From: Desulfomicrobium sp.
GTDB lineage: Bacteria > Desulfobacterota > Desulfovibrionia > Desulfovibrionales > Desulfomicrobiaceae
Reading direction: 5' to 3'
NCBI GenBank assembly: GCA_040768745.1
Contig: JAXGMI010000002.1
Coordinates: forward strand, 672,001-736,000
Length of the DNA stretch: 64,000 nt
Shown here: piece after piece, positions 38,981 to 48,009 of the stretch
Layout: each line of letters begins with the position of its first letter
Position numbering within the stretch: the first letter of the stretch is position 1
Program-made: the position numbers and the translations under genes
The notes under the pieces: model-generated
Database searches by the model: none
Told to the model about the DNA's origin: nothing
Seen by the model: only the letters and a program-made list of their open reading frames with translations

Positions 38981-40692
38981 AGAATATCCTGGCAGGCCCC
39001 ATGGACGCCATCAAGGCCGATCTGGCCACCGAAATCACGTCTCCCGACCGCTACAAGCTTTTGCAGCGCAAGATCGTTTTGCTCATGGCTCTGGTCACAC
39101 TTTTGCCGCTGCTCTCGCTGGCCGCCATCAACTATTACGAACACCAGAGCTCCATGTCGGCCGAAATCCAGGCCCCGCTGCGCGCGCTGGTGGGCAAGGC
39201 CAAGCACTCCTTCGAGCTGTTCCTGGCCGAACGGACCTCGGCCGTGAGCTTCATCGCTTCGGCCTATTCCTTTGAGGAGCTTTCGAACGACGCCAACCTG
39301 CAGCGCATCTTCCAGGTCATGCGCCGCGAGTTCACGGGGTTTGTGGATCTCGGCCTCATCGACACGCAGGGGAACCAGATCAGCTACGCCGGTCCCTACG
39401 ACCTGGCGGGCCGCAACTATGCTGAACAGGCATGGTTCCGTCAGGTCCAATTCAAGGGCGCATATGTCAGCGACGTGTTTCTTGGCTTCCGTCAATTTCC
39501 GCACGTGGTCATCGCCGTCCGCCACACCACAGAGAGCGGCAAGTCCTGGATCCTGCGCGCCACCCTGGACACCATGCATTTTGACCGCATCATCTCGGCC
39601 ATGGGACTGGAGCCCGGCAGCGATGCCTTTCTGGTCAACCGCCAAGGCGTGTTGCAGACAGAATCCCGCCAATATGGCCACGTGCTGGACGCGTTGCCCT
39701 TCTCCCTCCCCCCGACCAATTTCGAGGCCAACGCCCTGGCCATCCTCGACCCACAGGGTCGGGATATCTTTCTCGCCTCGGCCTTCATCGCGGACACGGA
39801 TTTTGCTCTGGTCGCCATCAAACCCAAGCCCACGATCCTGAGCACCTGGTACACGGTGCGGGCAGACCTGCTTTTCATCTTTGTCACTGGCGTCGCCGTC
39901 ATATTCCTGGCCGTCTACCGCCTTACCAGCGTGCTCATCAAGCGGCTGCAGGAGAGCGACGAGCAGCGCATGGGCGCCATCCATCAGATGGAGCATTCCC
40001 AGAAACTGTCATCCATCGGCCGCCTGGCTGCAGGGGTGGCCCACGAGATCAACAACCCCATCGCCATAATCAACGAGAAGGCAGGCCTCATGCGCGACAT
40101 TTTGAACATGAGGCCCGAGTTCCCGGACAAGGAGAAATTCATCAAGCAGATCGAAGCAATTCTCCGATCCGTGGACCGCTGCCGAGGCATCACACATCGC
40201 ATGCTCGGGTTTGCCAAACGCATGGACGTCAAGATCGAAGTCCTCGATCTCAACGCCGTGCTGTTGGAGACCCTGGGCTTTTTGGAACGCGAAGCCCAGT
40301 ACCGCAACGTGGAACTGCGGCACAATCTGGCCGAGAACCTGCAAGCCATCTCCACGGACCATGGCCAGATCCAGCAGGTTTTCCTGAACATCCTGAACAA
40401 CGCCCTGGCTGCGGTGCCTGACGGCGGAACCATCACCCTGACCAGCTGGGACAAGGACCAGAACTTTGTTGGCATCTCGGTGGAGGACAACGGTTGCGGC
40501 ATGTCCGAAGAAACCTGTAAACACATGTTTGAACCGTTCTTCACCACCAAGAAGGAAAAAGGGACGGGCCTGGGCATGTCCATCACCTACGGCATTGTCA
40601 AACGCCTGGGTGGTGACATTCAGGTCAAAAGCAAACTTGGCGAAGGGACCACGATCACCATCATGCTCCCCAAAAAGCCAGTGGAAGGATAG
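38977..40692 (+). CDS. Membrane sensor histidine kinase with Cache-like domain
   Basis: Two TM segments, H-box AHEINNP, N-box NILNNA, DNGCG, FEPFFTTK, GTGLG. Confidence 0.94.
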   Translation: MKNILAGPMDAIKADLATEITSPDRYKLLQRKIVLLMALVTLLPLLSLAAINYYEHQSSMSAEIQAPLRALVGKAKHSFELFLAERTSAVSFIASAYSFEELSNDANLQRIFQVMRREFTGFVDLGLIDTQGNQISYAGPYDLAGRNYAEQAWFRQVQFKGAYVSDVFLGFRQFPHVVIAVRHTTESGKSWILRATLDTMHFDRIISAMGLEPGSDAFLVNRQGVLQTESRQYGHVLDALPFSLPPTNFEANALAILDPQGRDIFLASAFIADTDFALVAIKPKPTILSTWYTVRADLLFIFVTGVAVIFLAVYRLTSVLIKRLQESDEQRMGAIHQMEHSQKLSSIGRLAAGVAHEINNPIAIINEKAGLMRDILNMRPEFPDKEKFIKQIEAILRSVDRCRGITHRMLGFAKRMDVKIEVLDLNAVLLETLGFLEREAQYRNVELRHNLAENLQAISTDHGQIQQVFLNILNNALAAVPDGGTITLTSWDKDQNFVGISVEDNGCGMSEETCKHMFEPFFTTKKEKGTGLGMSITYGIVKRLGGDIQVKSKLGEGTTITIMLPKKPVEG

Positions 40693-40697
40693 ACATT

Positions 40698-41090
40698 ATG
40701 GACATGAGCACGTGGAACATCCTGCTGGTGGACGACGAGGTCGAATTCATCACTACCCTGGCCGAGCGTCTGGAACTGCGCGGCATCAACGCCAGGGTCA
40801 CCCATGACGGAGAATCGGCCCTCAAGGAAGTGGCTGTGAACGAACCCCAGGTCATCGTTCTGGACGTGATGATGCCGGGCATGAAGGGACTCGAAGTCCT
40901 GCAACGGGTCAAGGAAGCCCACCCCAAGGTGCAGGTCGTCCTCCTCACCGGCCAGGGCAAGACCAGGGACGGCATCGAAGGCATGCAGCATGGCGCGTTT
41001 GCCTATCTGATGAAGCCCCTTGACCTGGAAGAACTCATTCATACCCTGAAGGACGCCCTCCAGTCCGGACGAGGAAACCGCCATGACTGA
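40698..41090 (+). CDS. Single-domain response regulator
   Basis: LLVDDE, LDVMMPG, LTG, KP. Confidence 0.93.
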   Translation: MDMSTWNILLVDDEVEFITTLAERLELRGINARVTHDGESALKEVAVNEPQVIVLDVMMPGMKGLEVLQRVKEAHPKVQVVLLTGQGKTRDGIEGMQHGAFAYLMKPLDLEELIHTLKDALQSGRGNRHD

Positions 41091-41709
41091 TATCGCGGGC
41101 GAAGCCAGATTTATGGGTGCGGTCACGGCCCTGACCATGCATGAAATGCAGAACATCCTGGCCATCATCCGGGAATCGGCCGGACTCATGGGCGACATCC
41201 TGAAGGTCAATGCCAGGGTGGACTTCAAGCATCGGCCAAACATGGAGCGCACCCTTGAACACATCACGACCCATGTGGAGCGCGGCAAGGGGCTGTTGGA
41301 GGCCACCAGCCGGCTGGCCCACTCCCCGGACGACGACATGCTGGACAGTTGCGACCTGGCAGTCCATGCCCGGGTGGTGGCCCTCCTGTCCGAACGGCTG
41401 GTCCGCCTCAAGGGAGCGTCCGTGAACTTCACCCCTGTTCCCGCGCCCCTGCCCGTGGCAGTGGGTGCCCTGCGCGTGCTCATGATCGGCTACCAGTCCG
41501 TGCAATGGGCCGTGGGATCAGGCACAAAGGATGGGCACGTCAAGGTGGAACTGGAGCCAGGCCAGGACTTCCACATCATGACCGTGGTCCCTCCCCAAGG
41601 AGTCACTCCCGATGCCAAGGCACTGGACTGCATCCGCAAACTCCTCGATGATGGCCGCCTGGAATGGGACGGAAGAATGCTGCGCATCTTTTTCCCGGTG
41701 CGGAAGTAA
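41083..41709 (+). CDS. Histidine-kinase-like protein with H-box but degenerate ATP-binding domain (possible phosphotransferase)
   Basis: MHEMQNILAIIRESAGLM resembles HEINNPIAIINEKAGLM of the upstream kinase; no N, G1, F or G2 boxes. Confidence 0.65.
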   Translation: MTDIAGEARFMGAVTALTMHEMQNILAIIRESAGLMGDILKVNARVDFKHRPNMERTLEHITTHVERGKGLLEATSRLAHSPDDDMLDSCDLAVHARVVALLSERLVRLKGASVNFTPVPAPLPVAVGALRVLMIGYQSVQWAVGSGTKDGHVKVELEPGQDFHIMTVVPPQGVTPDAKALDCIRKLLDDGRLEWDGRMLRIFFPVRK

Positions 41710-41716
41710 GGGTGTC

Positions 41717-42097
41717 ATGGACGCCATCAATGTTCTCCTGATCGACGACGAAGAGGCCTTCGTCACCACCTTGCAGGAAAGACTTGAACTGCGGGGACTC
41801 AATGCTCGGGTGGCCCTTGACGGCAGGACCGGTCTGCAGATGATCGAAGCCGATCCCCCGGACGTGGTTGTCCTGGATCTGCGCATGCCGGGCATAAGCG
41901 GCACCGATGTCCTGCGGCGGATCCGCGCCCAGTGGCCCGGCATGCCCGTCATCATGCTCAGCGGGCATGGGTCTGACCAGGACTTCGAGTCTTGCATGAA
42001 CCTGGGAGCATCTGTCTATCACAAAAAACCGCTGGACATTGCCGTCCTGCTGGAAAGCATCCTGTCCGTGGTTCAGGGCCCGGTTCCAACCCTCTGA
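41717..42097 (+). CDS. Single-domain response regulator
   Basis: LLIDDE, LDLRMPG, LSGHG, KP. Confidence 0.92.
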   Translation: MDAINVLLIDDEEAFVTTLQERLELRGLNARVALDGRTGLQMIEADPPDVVVLDLRMPGISGTDVLRRIRAQWPGMPVIMLSGHGSDQDFESCMNLGASVYHKKPLDIAVLLESILSVVQGPVPTL

Positions 42098-42104
42098 GGT
42101 TCCC

Positions 42105-43244
42105 ATGGTCAATGTCCTAGTCGTTGATGACGAGCGGGATTTCGCCGACATTCTGTCCCAGCGACTCCAGGCGCGCGGCCTTGATGTGCGTGTCGCCTAC
42201 AGTGGGCAGGAAGCCCTGGATCAGACACGGCACATTCCGCCCGACGTGGTTGTTCTGGATGTGACCATGCCTGGCATAAGCGGACTGGACACCCTGGAGG
42301 AATTGAAGAGGATCAGCCCCCGCACCGAGATCATCCTGCTCACGGCTGATTCCACCGTAGGTACGGCCGTGAGCGGCATGAAGCTTGGCGCCGGAGACTA
42401 CCTGATCAAACCGGCCGATATCGACACCCTGGTCGCGGCCATTGGCGAGGCCGAGACACGTCGCATGGATGGATTGTCCCGGCAGCGCATGGCCGAAACC
42501 GCCAAGCTGGCCGCCCTGGGCGAACTGGCCACGGGTGTGGCCCATGAAATCAACAATCCCCTGCATGTCATGGTCAACGAGGTGGGCTGGATCGGAGAGC
42601 TTCTGGAAGAAGCCGGGATCGAAAAAAAACTGGGTGAGGAAATCCGTCAAGCCCTCCATCTGATCCGCCATCAGGCCCAACGCTGCAAGGCCATCACCTC
42701 GAAGCTGCTGACCTTGCGCCCGGTCCGGAATTCGCGGGCGTCCCTGACCACGCTCCCGTCGCTGGTCAGAGTCATCCTGGACCGGCGCAGGGACAGAATT
42801 GACGGTCTGGGGGTCACCACCCATGAGGCGTGGGGATCAGATCTGGGCCACGTTCCGGTCCCCGAGTCGGAATGGGAGCAGATCCTGGCCAACGTCATTG
42901 ACAACGCCCTGGATGCCATGGAGCAGGGAGGGGGAAACCTGCGCCTGCTCGGAGAGACCCAGGGACACGAATTGGTTGTGTCTGTCGGGGATTCGGGCTG
43001 TGGCATCGAAGCCCATCTGCTGACACGAATTTTTGAGCCCTTTTTCTCCACCAAGGACGTGGGCAAGGGCATCGGATTGGGGCTGGCAATCTGCCACAGC
43101 ATCATCGAGTCCATGGGAGGAACCATTTCCGTGCGCAGCTCGCCCGGAAACGGTTCGACCTTCACCATACGGGTGCCCGTGGCCATGCATGCGCAAAACG
43201 AACACACCAGGCCGGAACATCCGGCGTCTTCCAAGGAGGAGTGA
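42105..43244 (+). CDS. Receiver-histidine kinase hybrid
   Basis: N-terminal REC (VVDDE, LDVTMPG, KP), then AHEINNP, NALDA, DSGCG, GIGLGL. Confidence 0.92.
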   Translation: MVNVLVVDDERDFADILSQRLQARGLDVRVAYSGQEALDQTRHIPPDVVVLDVTMPGISGLDTLEELKRISPRTEIILLTADSTVGTAVSGMKLGAGDYLIKPADIDTLVAAIGEAETRRMDGLSRQRMAETAKLAALGELATGVAHEINNPLHVMVNEVGWIGELLEEAGIEKKLGEEIRQALHLIRHQAQRCKAITSKLLTLRPVRNSRASLTTLPSLVRVILDRRRDRIDGLGVTTHEAWGSDLGHVPVPESEWEQILANVIDNALDAMEQGGGNLRLLGETQGHELVVSVGDSGCGIEAHLLTRIFEPFFSTKDVGKGIGLGLAICHSIIESMGGTISVRSSPGNGSTFTIRVPVAMHAQNEHTRPEHPASSKEE

Positions 43245-43246
43245 AC

Positions 43247-43666
43247 ATGAACAAGATGAAGCTGCTGATCGTGGACGATGAGAAGGATCTGTGTCGTATT
43301 CTCGCGGACCGCTTGAATATTTTGTACGGCATCACCCCGGACATGGCCCACACGGGCGATGATGCCCTGGAGATGGTGAAGAAGAAAAACTACGATGTCG
43401 TGGTCCTGGACATCGAAATGCCCGGCATCGACGGCATCGAAACCCTGAAGCGAATCAAGGAGATCAACCCCAAGATCCAGGTCGTGCTCTTCACCGGACA
43501 CGGCAGCGACGAAACTCGCCGCATGGGTGAAGTCCTGGGCGCATTCAGCTACGTGGACAAGATCGACGGCCTGCCCAAACTGGCCCCCATGATCGAAGGC
43601 GCCTTCCGCCTGCGCAAGGTGCTGGAAGACACCTACGCCGACGCGGCCCTGAACGAGTACAATTGA
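43247..43666 (+). CDS. Single-domain response regulator
   Basis: LIVDDE, LDIEMPG, FTGHG; AGGAGG RBS. Confidence 0.9.
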   Translation: MNKMKLLIVDDEKDLCRILADRLNILYGITPDMAHTGDDALEMVKKKNYDVVVLDIEMPGIDGIETLKRIKEINPKIQVVLFTGHGSDETRRMGEVLGAFSYVDKIDGLPKLAPMIEGAFRLRKVLEDTYADAALNEYN

Positions 43667-43744
43667 GGTTTTGCGGCAATGTACAAAAATAAGGGGACAG
43701 TCCGGCAGGATGGTTCCCTTTTTCCTGCAATGTTCGCGTTGCCT

Positions 43745-43778
43745 CGAAGTCATCCCCGCGAAGGCGGGAATGACTTCG
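43745..43778. repeat. REP-like palindrome
   Basis: CGAAGTCATCCCCGC-GAAG-GCGGGAATGACTTCG, a 15-bp stem with one mismatch, between convergent operons. Confidence 0.65.
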
Positions 43779-43898
43779 GGCAGTGCGTGGGCAGTGTGGG
43801 CTTGTGATCTCAACTCCATGCCTGCCCAGTGCGGTGTGGCTGACTTGAACCTGTCGGAATGAACGCCCCCCAGGCACTGAATTCCGTCTGCCTGTGGC

Positions 43899-44258
43899 CT
43901 AACCCTGACCCAGCAGCAGGCAAAGCCTGTCCATGGTTTTGATCCCGCTTTCGCGTCCGGGGTGTTCCGGCACTGAGCAGAGTACGCCCAGGCCCTCGCT
44001 GTCCTCGTGGAATGTCTCCTCGTCCATATCCGTGACGACCACCGTGTTGAGCATGGCGTTGACGCGCAGAAGATCCATCAGGAAGGACTTGTAATCCAAT
44101 CCCGGCGTCATGGCGTCGACCACGACGAGCTTCCAGGGCCTGCTTCCCGCCCGGCTCAGGACTCCGCCTGCGTCGGCGGTCCACTCGACGTCGGCTCCCA
44201 GGCCCTGCGCAAAATCCAGCAGGGCTTCCTTCCGGCCGGTGACAATGACCACCTCCAT
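43899..44258 (-). CDS. Receiver-like protein of the orp cluster (DVU2105-like)
   Basis: LVVVD, VNAMLNTVVVT, FHEDSEGLGVL; last gene of the cluster. Confidence 0.7.
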   Translation of the reverse strand: MEVVIVTGRKEALLDFAQGLGADVEWTADAGGVLSRAGSRPWKLVVVDAMTPGLDYKSFLMDLLRVNAMLNTVVVTDMDEETFHEDSEGLGVLCSVPEHPGRESGIKTMDRLCLLLGQG

Positions 44259-44330
44259 GTCTCCTCCTCGGTTGTGTGCGTGAAAAGGCCGGGTCCGCCG
44301 CGCACTGACGAACCAGGCCAGGGAGGATGG

Positions 44331-44708
44331 CTAGTGCCCGCCGCCGCAGGTGTATTCCTGGGTGAAGCGGACCAGTGCCCCTTTCAGCAGGGCCTCGACA
44401 GCCGTGCCCACATTGGGGGCGCCGGCGCCATAGAAGACGTCGATGCCCACCTGATTGAAGCCCATCAGCGGCCGCATGCCCATGCCGCCGGCGATGAGCA
44501 GGTTGACGCCGTTCTGGGCCAGGTGTTGGACCGGGGCCATGCAGCCGCCCTGCTGGTGGGGCACGTTGGGCAGGGTGCTGACCTGGGACACTGACCCGTT
44601 CTCCACGTCGATGATGGTGTACAGGTCGCAGTGCCCGAAATGGGCGCCGACTTCCGCTTCAAGTCCGCCAGGCAGGGCCGAGGGGACGGCGATTCTGAAC
44701 TTTTCCAT
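44331..44708 (-). CDS. NifB/NifX-family protein
   Basis: IAVPS, AHFGHC, HQQGGC, AGGMGMRP, C-terminal CGGGH. Confidence 0.88.
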   Translation of the reverse strand: MEKFRIAVPSALPGGLEAEVGAHFGHCDLYTIIDVENGSVSQVSTLPNVPHQQGGCMAPVQHLAQNGVNLLIAGGMGMRPLMGFNQVGIDVFYGAGAPNVGTAVEALLKGALVRFTQEYTCGGGH

Positions 44709-44736
44709 GATGCTTCGATCTCCTTGTACGAAACGC

Positions 44737-45609
44737 TTATGATTGCAAAAGATCCATAATCCTGTGCCACGCATCCCGAATGTTCCGGGCGATCTCGCTA
44801 TCGGGGCCCTCGGTGACCGCCTGCCGGCGGACCATGGCCTCGGTGACCGCCGTGTCGTGGGGCAGACGGGCCAGCAGGACATAACCCTTTTCGGCGCACA
44901 TGGCATCTATTCGACCTGTATGCTCGGGATTGAGGTCGTGCTTGTTGACGATGACCGCGACCCTGGTGCGGAAATGCTCGCACAGGCTGGCGACCCGCTC
45001 CAGGTCGTGCACCCCTGAGGGCGTCGGCTCCGTGACGACCACGGCCAGGTCCGTCTGCGAGAGGGAGGCGATGACCGGGCAGCCGATGCCCGGTGCGCCG
45101 TCGCAGAGGATCAGACCCAGGCCGCGCTCCTCGGCCAGGGCGCGGGCCTCCTTCTTGAGGCGGGAAACCAGAAGCCCCGAGTTCTCCTGCCCCGCGAAGA
45201 GTTGGGCGTGGACCATGGGCCCGAAGCGGGTGTCGCTCAGGTAACGCTGCCCACAGTGCCGATCCGGGAAGTCGATGGCCTGCTCCGGACAAAAGGCCAC
45301 ACAGACCTTGCAGCCCTCGCAGCGCAGGGGGGCGACGCGGTAGACGTCCCCGTCCGGCTCGATGGCTTCGTACCGGCACATGGAGGCGCACAGGCCGCAG
45401 GCCGTGCATCTGTCGGAGTTGATGACCGCCTCGTGACCGGAAATGAAGGCCTCTTCCCGGACCACGGACGGGTCCAGCAGCAGATGCAGGTCGGGGGCGT
45501 CCACATCCAGATCGCAGATGACCCTGTTTGCGGCCAGATGGGCGAAGGCCGCGGTGATGGACGTCTTGCCCGTGCCGCCCTTGCCGCTGATGACGACGAT
45601 CTCACGCAT
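44737..45609 (-). CDS. MinD/ParA-type ATPase with 2x[4Fe-4S] insert (ORP complex)
   Basis: SGKGGTGKT, DLDVDAPDLHL, two CxxCxxC motifs, PGIGCP, VTEPT. Confidence 0.92.
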   Translation of the reverse strand: MREIVVISGKGGTGKTSITAAFAHLAANRVICDLDVDAPDLHLLLDPSVVREEAFISGHEAVINSDRCTACGLCASMCRYEAIEPDGDVYRVAPLRCEGCKVCVAFCPEQAIDFPDRHCGQRYLSDTRFGPMVHAQLFAGQENSGLLVSRLKKEARALAEERGLGLILCDGAPGIGCPVIASLSQTDLAVVVTEPTPSGVHDLERVASLCEHFRTRVAVIVNKHDLNPEHTGRIDAMCAEKGYVLLARLPHDTAVTEAMVRRQAVTEGPDSEIARNIRDAWHRIMDLLQS

Positions 45610-46471
45610 GCTCGTCCTCCTTGCCCATGGCCATCAGCTTCGCGGCCAGGCCGGCAAACAGCTGACCAAGACCTCGATCCATCTCGGCCAGCACGAGACC
45701 CCTGGAATAGTGTTCGGCGATGTCCCGGCGGTAGGGGATCTCGGCCAGGATGGGTAGCCCGTGGGCCGCGCAGAATCCGTAGACCCGGTCGTCGCCCAGG
45801 CCGGCTCGATTGAGGACCACGGCCATGGGTGTGCCGAAGGGCTCGAAGGCCTCCCAGGCGAGCTTGAAATCGTGGAACCCGAAGGGGGTGGGCTCGGTCA
45901 CGAGGACGATGACGTCGCTGTCGGTCACTGCGCTCATGGCCGGGCAGCTCACGCCGGGAGGCGCGTCGACGAGCACGTCTAGACCCTTCTCCCTGCTCTC
46001 GGCCCGCATGTGCGCACGCACGACGCGCATGAGCGGGGGGCTCATGGCCTCGCCCACGCGCAGCCGCCCGGTCATGCAGGGAATCCGCCCGCGCGAGACG
46101 CCGGACTCCATGACGCCGAGTTCGCGCGTGGCCGTGCCGATGGCCCCTTCGGGGCAGATGGCCATGCACCCGCCGCACCCGTGGCACATCTCGGGAAAGG
46201 TCATGATGGCCTTGCCCATGACAGCGATGGCCTTGAACTGGCACAGCTCCGCGCACTTGCGGCAGAAGGTGCATTTGGACTCGTCCACGTCGGGAACCTC
46301 GAGGGTCACGACCTCGGTCCTCGACACGTCGGGCTTCAGGAACAGGTGCAGGTTCGGCTCCTCCACATCCAGGTCCACGGCCATCAGAGGTCTGGGCCAG
46401 GCCACCGCGAGGGACGCGGTGACCGTGGTCTTGCCCGTGCCGCCCTTGCCGCTGGCAACGGATACGATCAT
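45602..46471 (-). CDS. MinD/ParA-type ATPase with 2x[4Fe-4S] insert (ORP complex paralogue)
   Basis: ASGKGGTGKTT, DVEEPNLHL, two CxxCxxC motifs, PPGVSCP, VTEPTPFG. Confidence 0.92.
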   Translation of the reverse strand: MIVSVASGKGGTGKTTVTASLAVAWPRPLMAVDLDVEEPNLHLFLKPDVSRTEVVTLEVPDVDESKCTFCRKCAELCQFKAIAVMGKAIMTFPEMCHGCGGCMAICPEGAIGTATRELGVMESGVSRGRIPCMTGRLRVGEAMSPPLMRVVRAHMRAESREKGLDVLVDAPPGVSCPAMSAVTDSDVIVLVTEPTPFGFHDFKLAWEAFEPFGTPMAVVLNRAGLGDDRVYGFCAAHGLPILAEIPYRRDIAEHYSRGLVLAEMDRGLGQLFAGLAAKLMAMGKEDEHA

Positions 46472-46479
46472 GGCATCAC

Positions 46480-47172
46480 CTATCTGTTGGGGGCGTCGGT
46501 GTACTCGACCTTGCCCGCCTTGAAAGCCTCCACCGCCTGGGCCACGGTCATCCCGCCCATGTTGTGGCCGATCTTCACCCCACCGCCCTTGAGGGCCGCG
46601 AAGGCCTTGGGGCCAACGCTGCCGGTCAGCAGCACCGAGGCCCCGGCGTTGATGATGTTCTCGGCCGCCTGGATGCCTGCCCCGTGGGACAGGGCCTGGG
46701 AACCGCCGTTGTCGACATAGGTCGAGGCCATGGTGTCGAGGTCCACGACGATGAAGCCGGCGGCGCGGCCGAAACGGGGATCCACGCGGTCCGTCATGTT
46801 CGGGCCCTCGCTGGTGATGGCGATCTTGGTCATACTAAGCTCCTTGCTGCGGGCCGCGGAACGGTCCGGATATTGGTGCATGCACGGCGTCTGGGCATCG
46901 TGGGCGATGTACAGAGCCAACCCGTCCACGAGAGACCGCGCCACGGCCCGGCGGGCGTCGCCGAGAATGCGGCCGAAGGTGTGCCGGGACACATGCATGC
47001 GGGCGGCCCCCTCTGCGGCGGTCAGGCCGTGATAGTCGGCCAGGCGCAGGGCCTCGAACCCGTCCATGGTCATGTAGACCTCGGCCAGTTCCTGCAGGGG
47101 AATGCCCTGGGGCTTGAAAAAGCGCGCCCTGGGGCATCCTTCGATCCGGCGGCATTTCCTGGGTCTCGGCAC
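46480..47172 (-). CDS. DUF134 HTH domain fused in frame to an orange-protein (MTH1175/NifX-like) domain
   Basis: PRPRKCR, FKPQGIP, EALRLAD, VSRHTFGRIL, then MTKIAITS..VDPRFGRA..HGAGIQAA; internal AAGGAG plus ATG at 46833. Confidence 0.85.
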   Translation of the reverse strand: MPRPRKCRRIEGCPRARFFKPQGIPLQELAEVYMTMDGFEALRLADYHGLTAAEGAARMHVSRHTFGRILGDARRAVARSLVDGLALYIAHDAQTPCMHQYPDRSAARSKELSMTKIAITSEGPNMTDRVDPRFGRAAGFIVVDLDTMASTYVDNGGSQALSHGAGIQAAENIINAGASVLLTGSVGPKAFAALKGGGVKIGHNMGGMTVAQAVEAFKAGKVEYTDAPNR

Positions 47173-47200
47173 GCCTCCTCCTTTTTGCTCAAATGAGCGC

Positions 47201-47437
47201 TTATTCCTCGGATTTCCTAGTGTCAACACCCGGAGCGGGATTTCCCGGGGCCGTCACGTCGTCCACGCACGAACCGTCCCGCCGCGTGCGCCTCAGGCCT
47301 CCTCCGCCACGGCCGCCGCTGCCTGCGCCGGCTCCGACGCCTGTCCGCTGCCCGCGGCAGCCTCCGCCGCCCTGGCCGCGACCCGCTCCGCCCTGGCCAC
47401 GTCCACCTCTGCCACCTTGTCCTGATCGACCCGGCAT
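47201..47437 (-). CDS. Small Gly/Arg-rich protein (DUF5320-like)
   Basis: GGAGG RBS; MPGRSGQGGRGG...; small Gly-rich genes occur in orp-type clusters. Confidence 0.6.
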   Translation of the reverse strand: MPGRSGQGGRGGRGQGGAGRGQGGGGCRGQRTGVGAGAGSGGRGGGGLRRTRRDGSCVDDVTAPGNPAPGVDTRKSEE

Positions 47438-47811
47438 GTTCGCCCTCCTTGCTGTTTATGCGCACCGGAGACCCGGCCCTGGCCGCGGCCCTGGCACGCC
47501 ATGTTTGTCTTGTCCTGGCTTTTGACCTCCGGCGAATCCATCTCGATCCGGATGGCCCACCCCCTGGAAAGGGCACGGGCCACCTTGGCCCTGGCCCGCC
47601 CCAGGATGCGGCACAAGGTGGGACGGGATACCTGCATGAGCGTGGCCGCATCTTCCTGGTTCAACCCCTCGGCGTCGACCAGACGCATGGCCTCAAGTTC
47701 ATCCAGGAGCAGGGCCACGCCCTGCAGTTGGGTCATGGGCACCCCTTGAGGCTTGAACACAGTCACCTCCGGTGCCATGGACACGATCCGGCATTTTCTA
47801 CGTCTTCCCAC
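47293..47811 (-). CDS. DUF134 domain protein
   Basis: GRRRKCR, FKPQGVP, ELEAMRLVD, MQVSRPTLCRIL; GTG start with GGAGG. Confidence 0.85.
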   Translation of the reverse strand: MGRRRKCRIVSMAPEVTVFKPQGVPMTQLQGVALLLDELEAMRLVDAEGLNQEDAATLMQVSRPTLCRILGRARAKVARALSRGWAIRIEMDSPEVKSQDKTNMACQGRGQGRVSGAHKQQGGRTCRVDQDKVAEVDVARAERVAARAAEAAAGSGQASEPAQAAAAVAEEA

Positions 47812-47822
47812 GCCGCCTCCAA

Positions 47823-47865
47823 TTGAAATTATGTTCAAAATATAGTCTCCACACCATCCTGTCAA
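47823..47865 (-). promoter_or_regulatory. Sigma70-like promoter with overlapping palindrome, upstream of the orp cluster
   Basis: TTGACA (47865-60), 17-bp spacer, TATTTT (47842-37); palindrome TTGAACATAATTTCAA (47838-23). Confidence 0.6.
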
Positions 47866-48009
47866 TACCCTGTCCGCATATTCTCGAGGCCCCCCTGCCG
47901 CGTGCCCAAAAAGATGAAAGGCCCAGGAAATCATCACAAGCTTGTGCTGGATTTGCGGACGGGACATTGGTAGCTGTAGGGTATTCTCCACCCAACATCT
48001 GGAGGTTGC

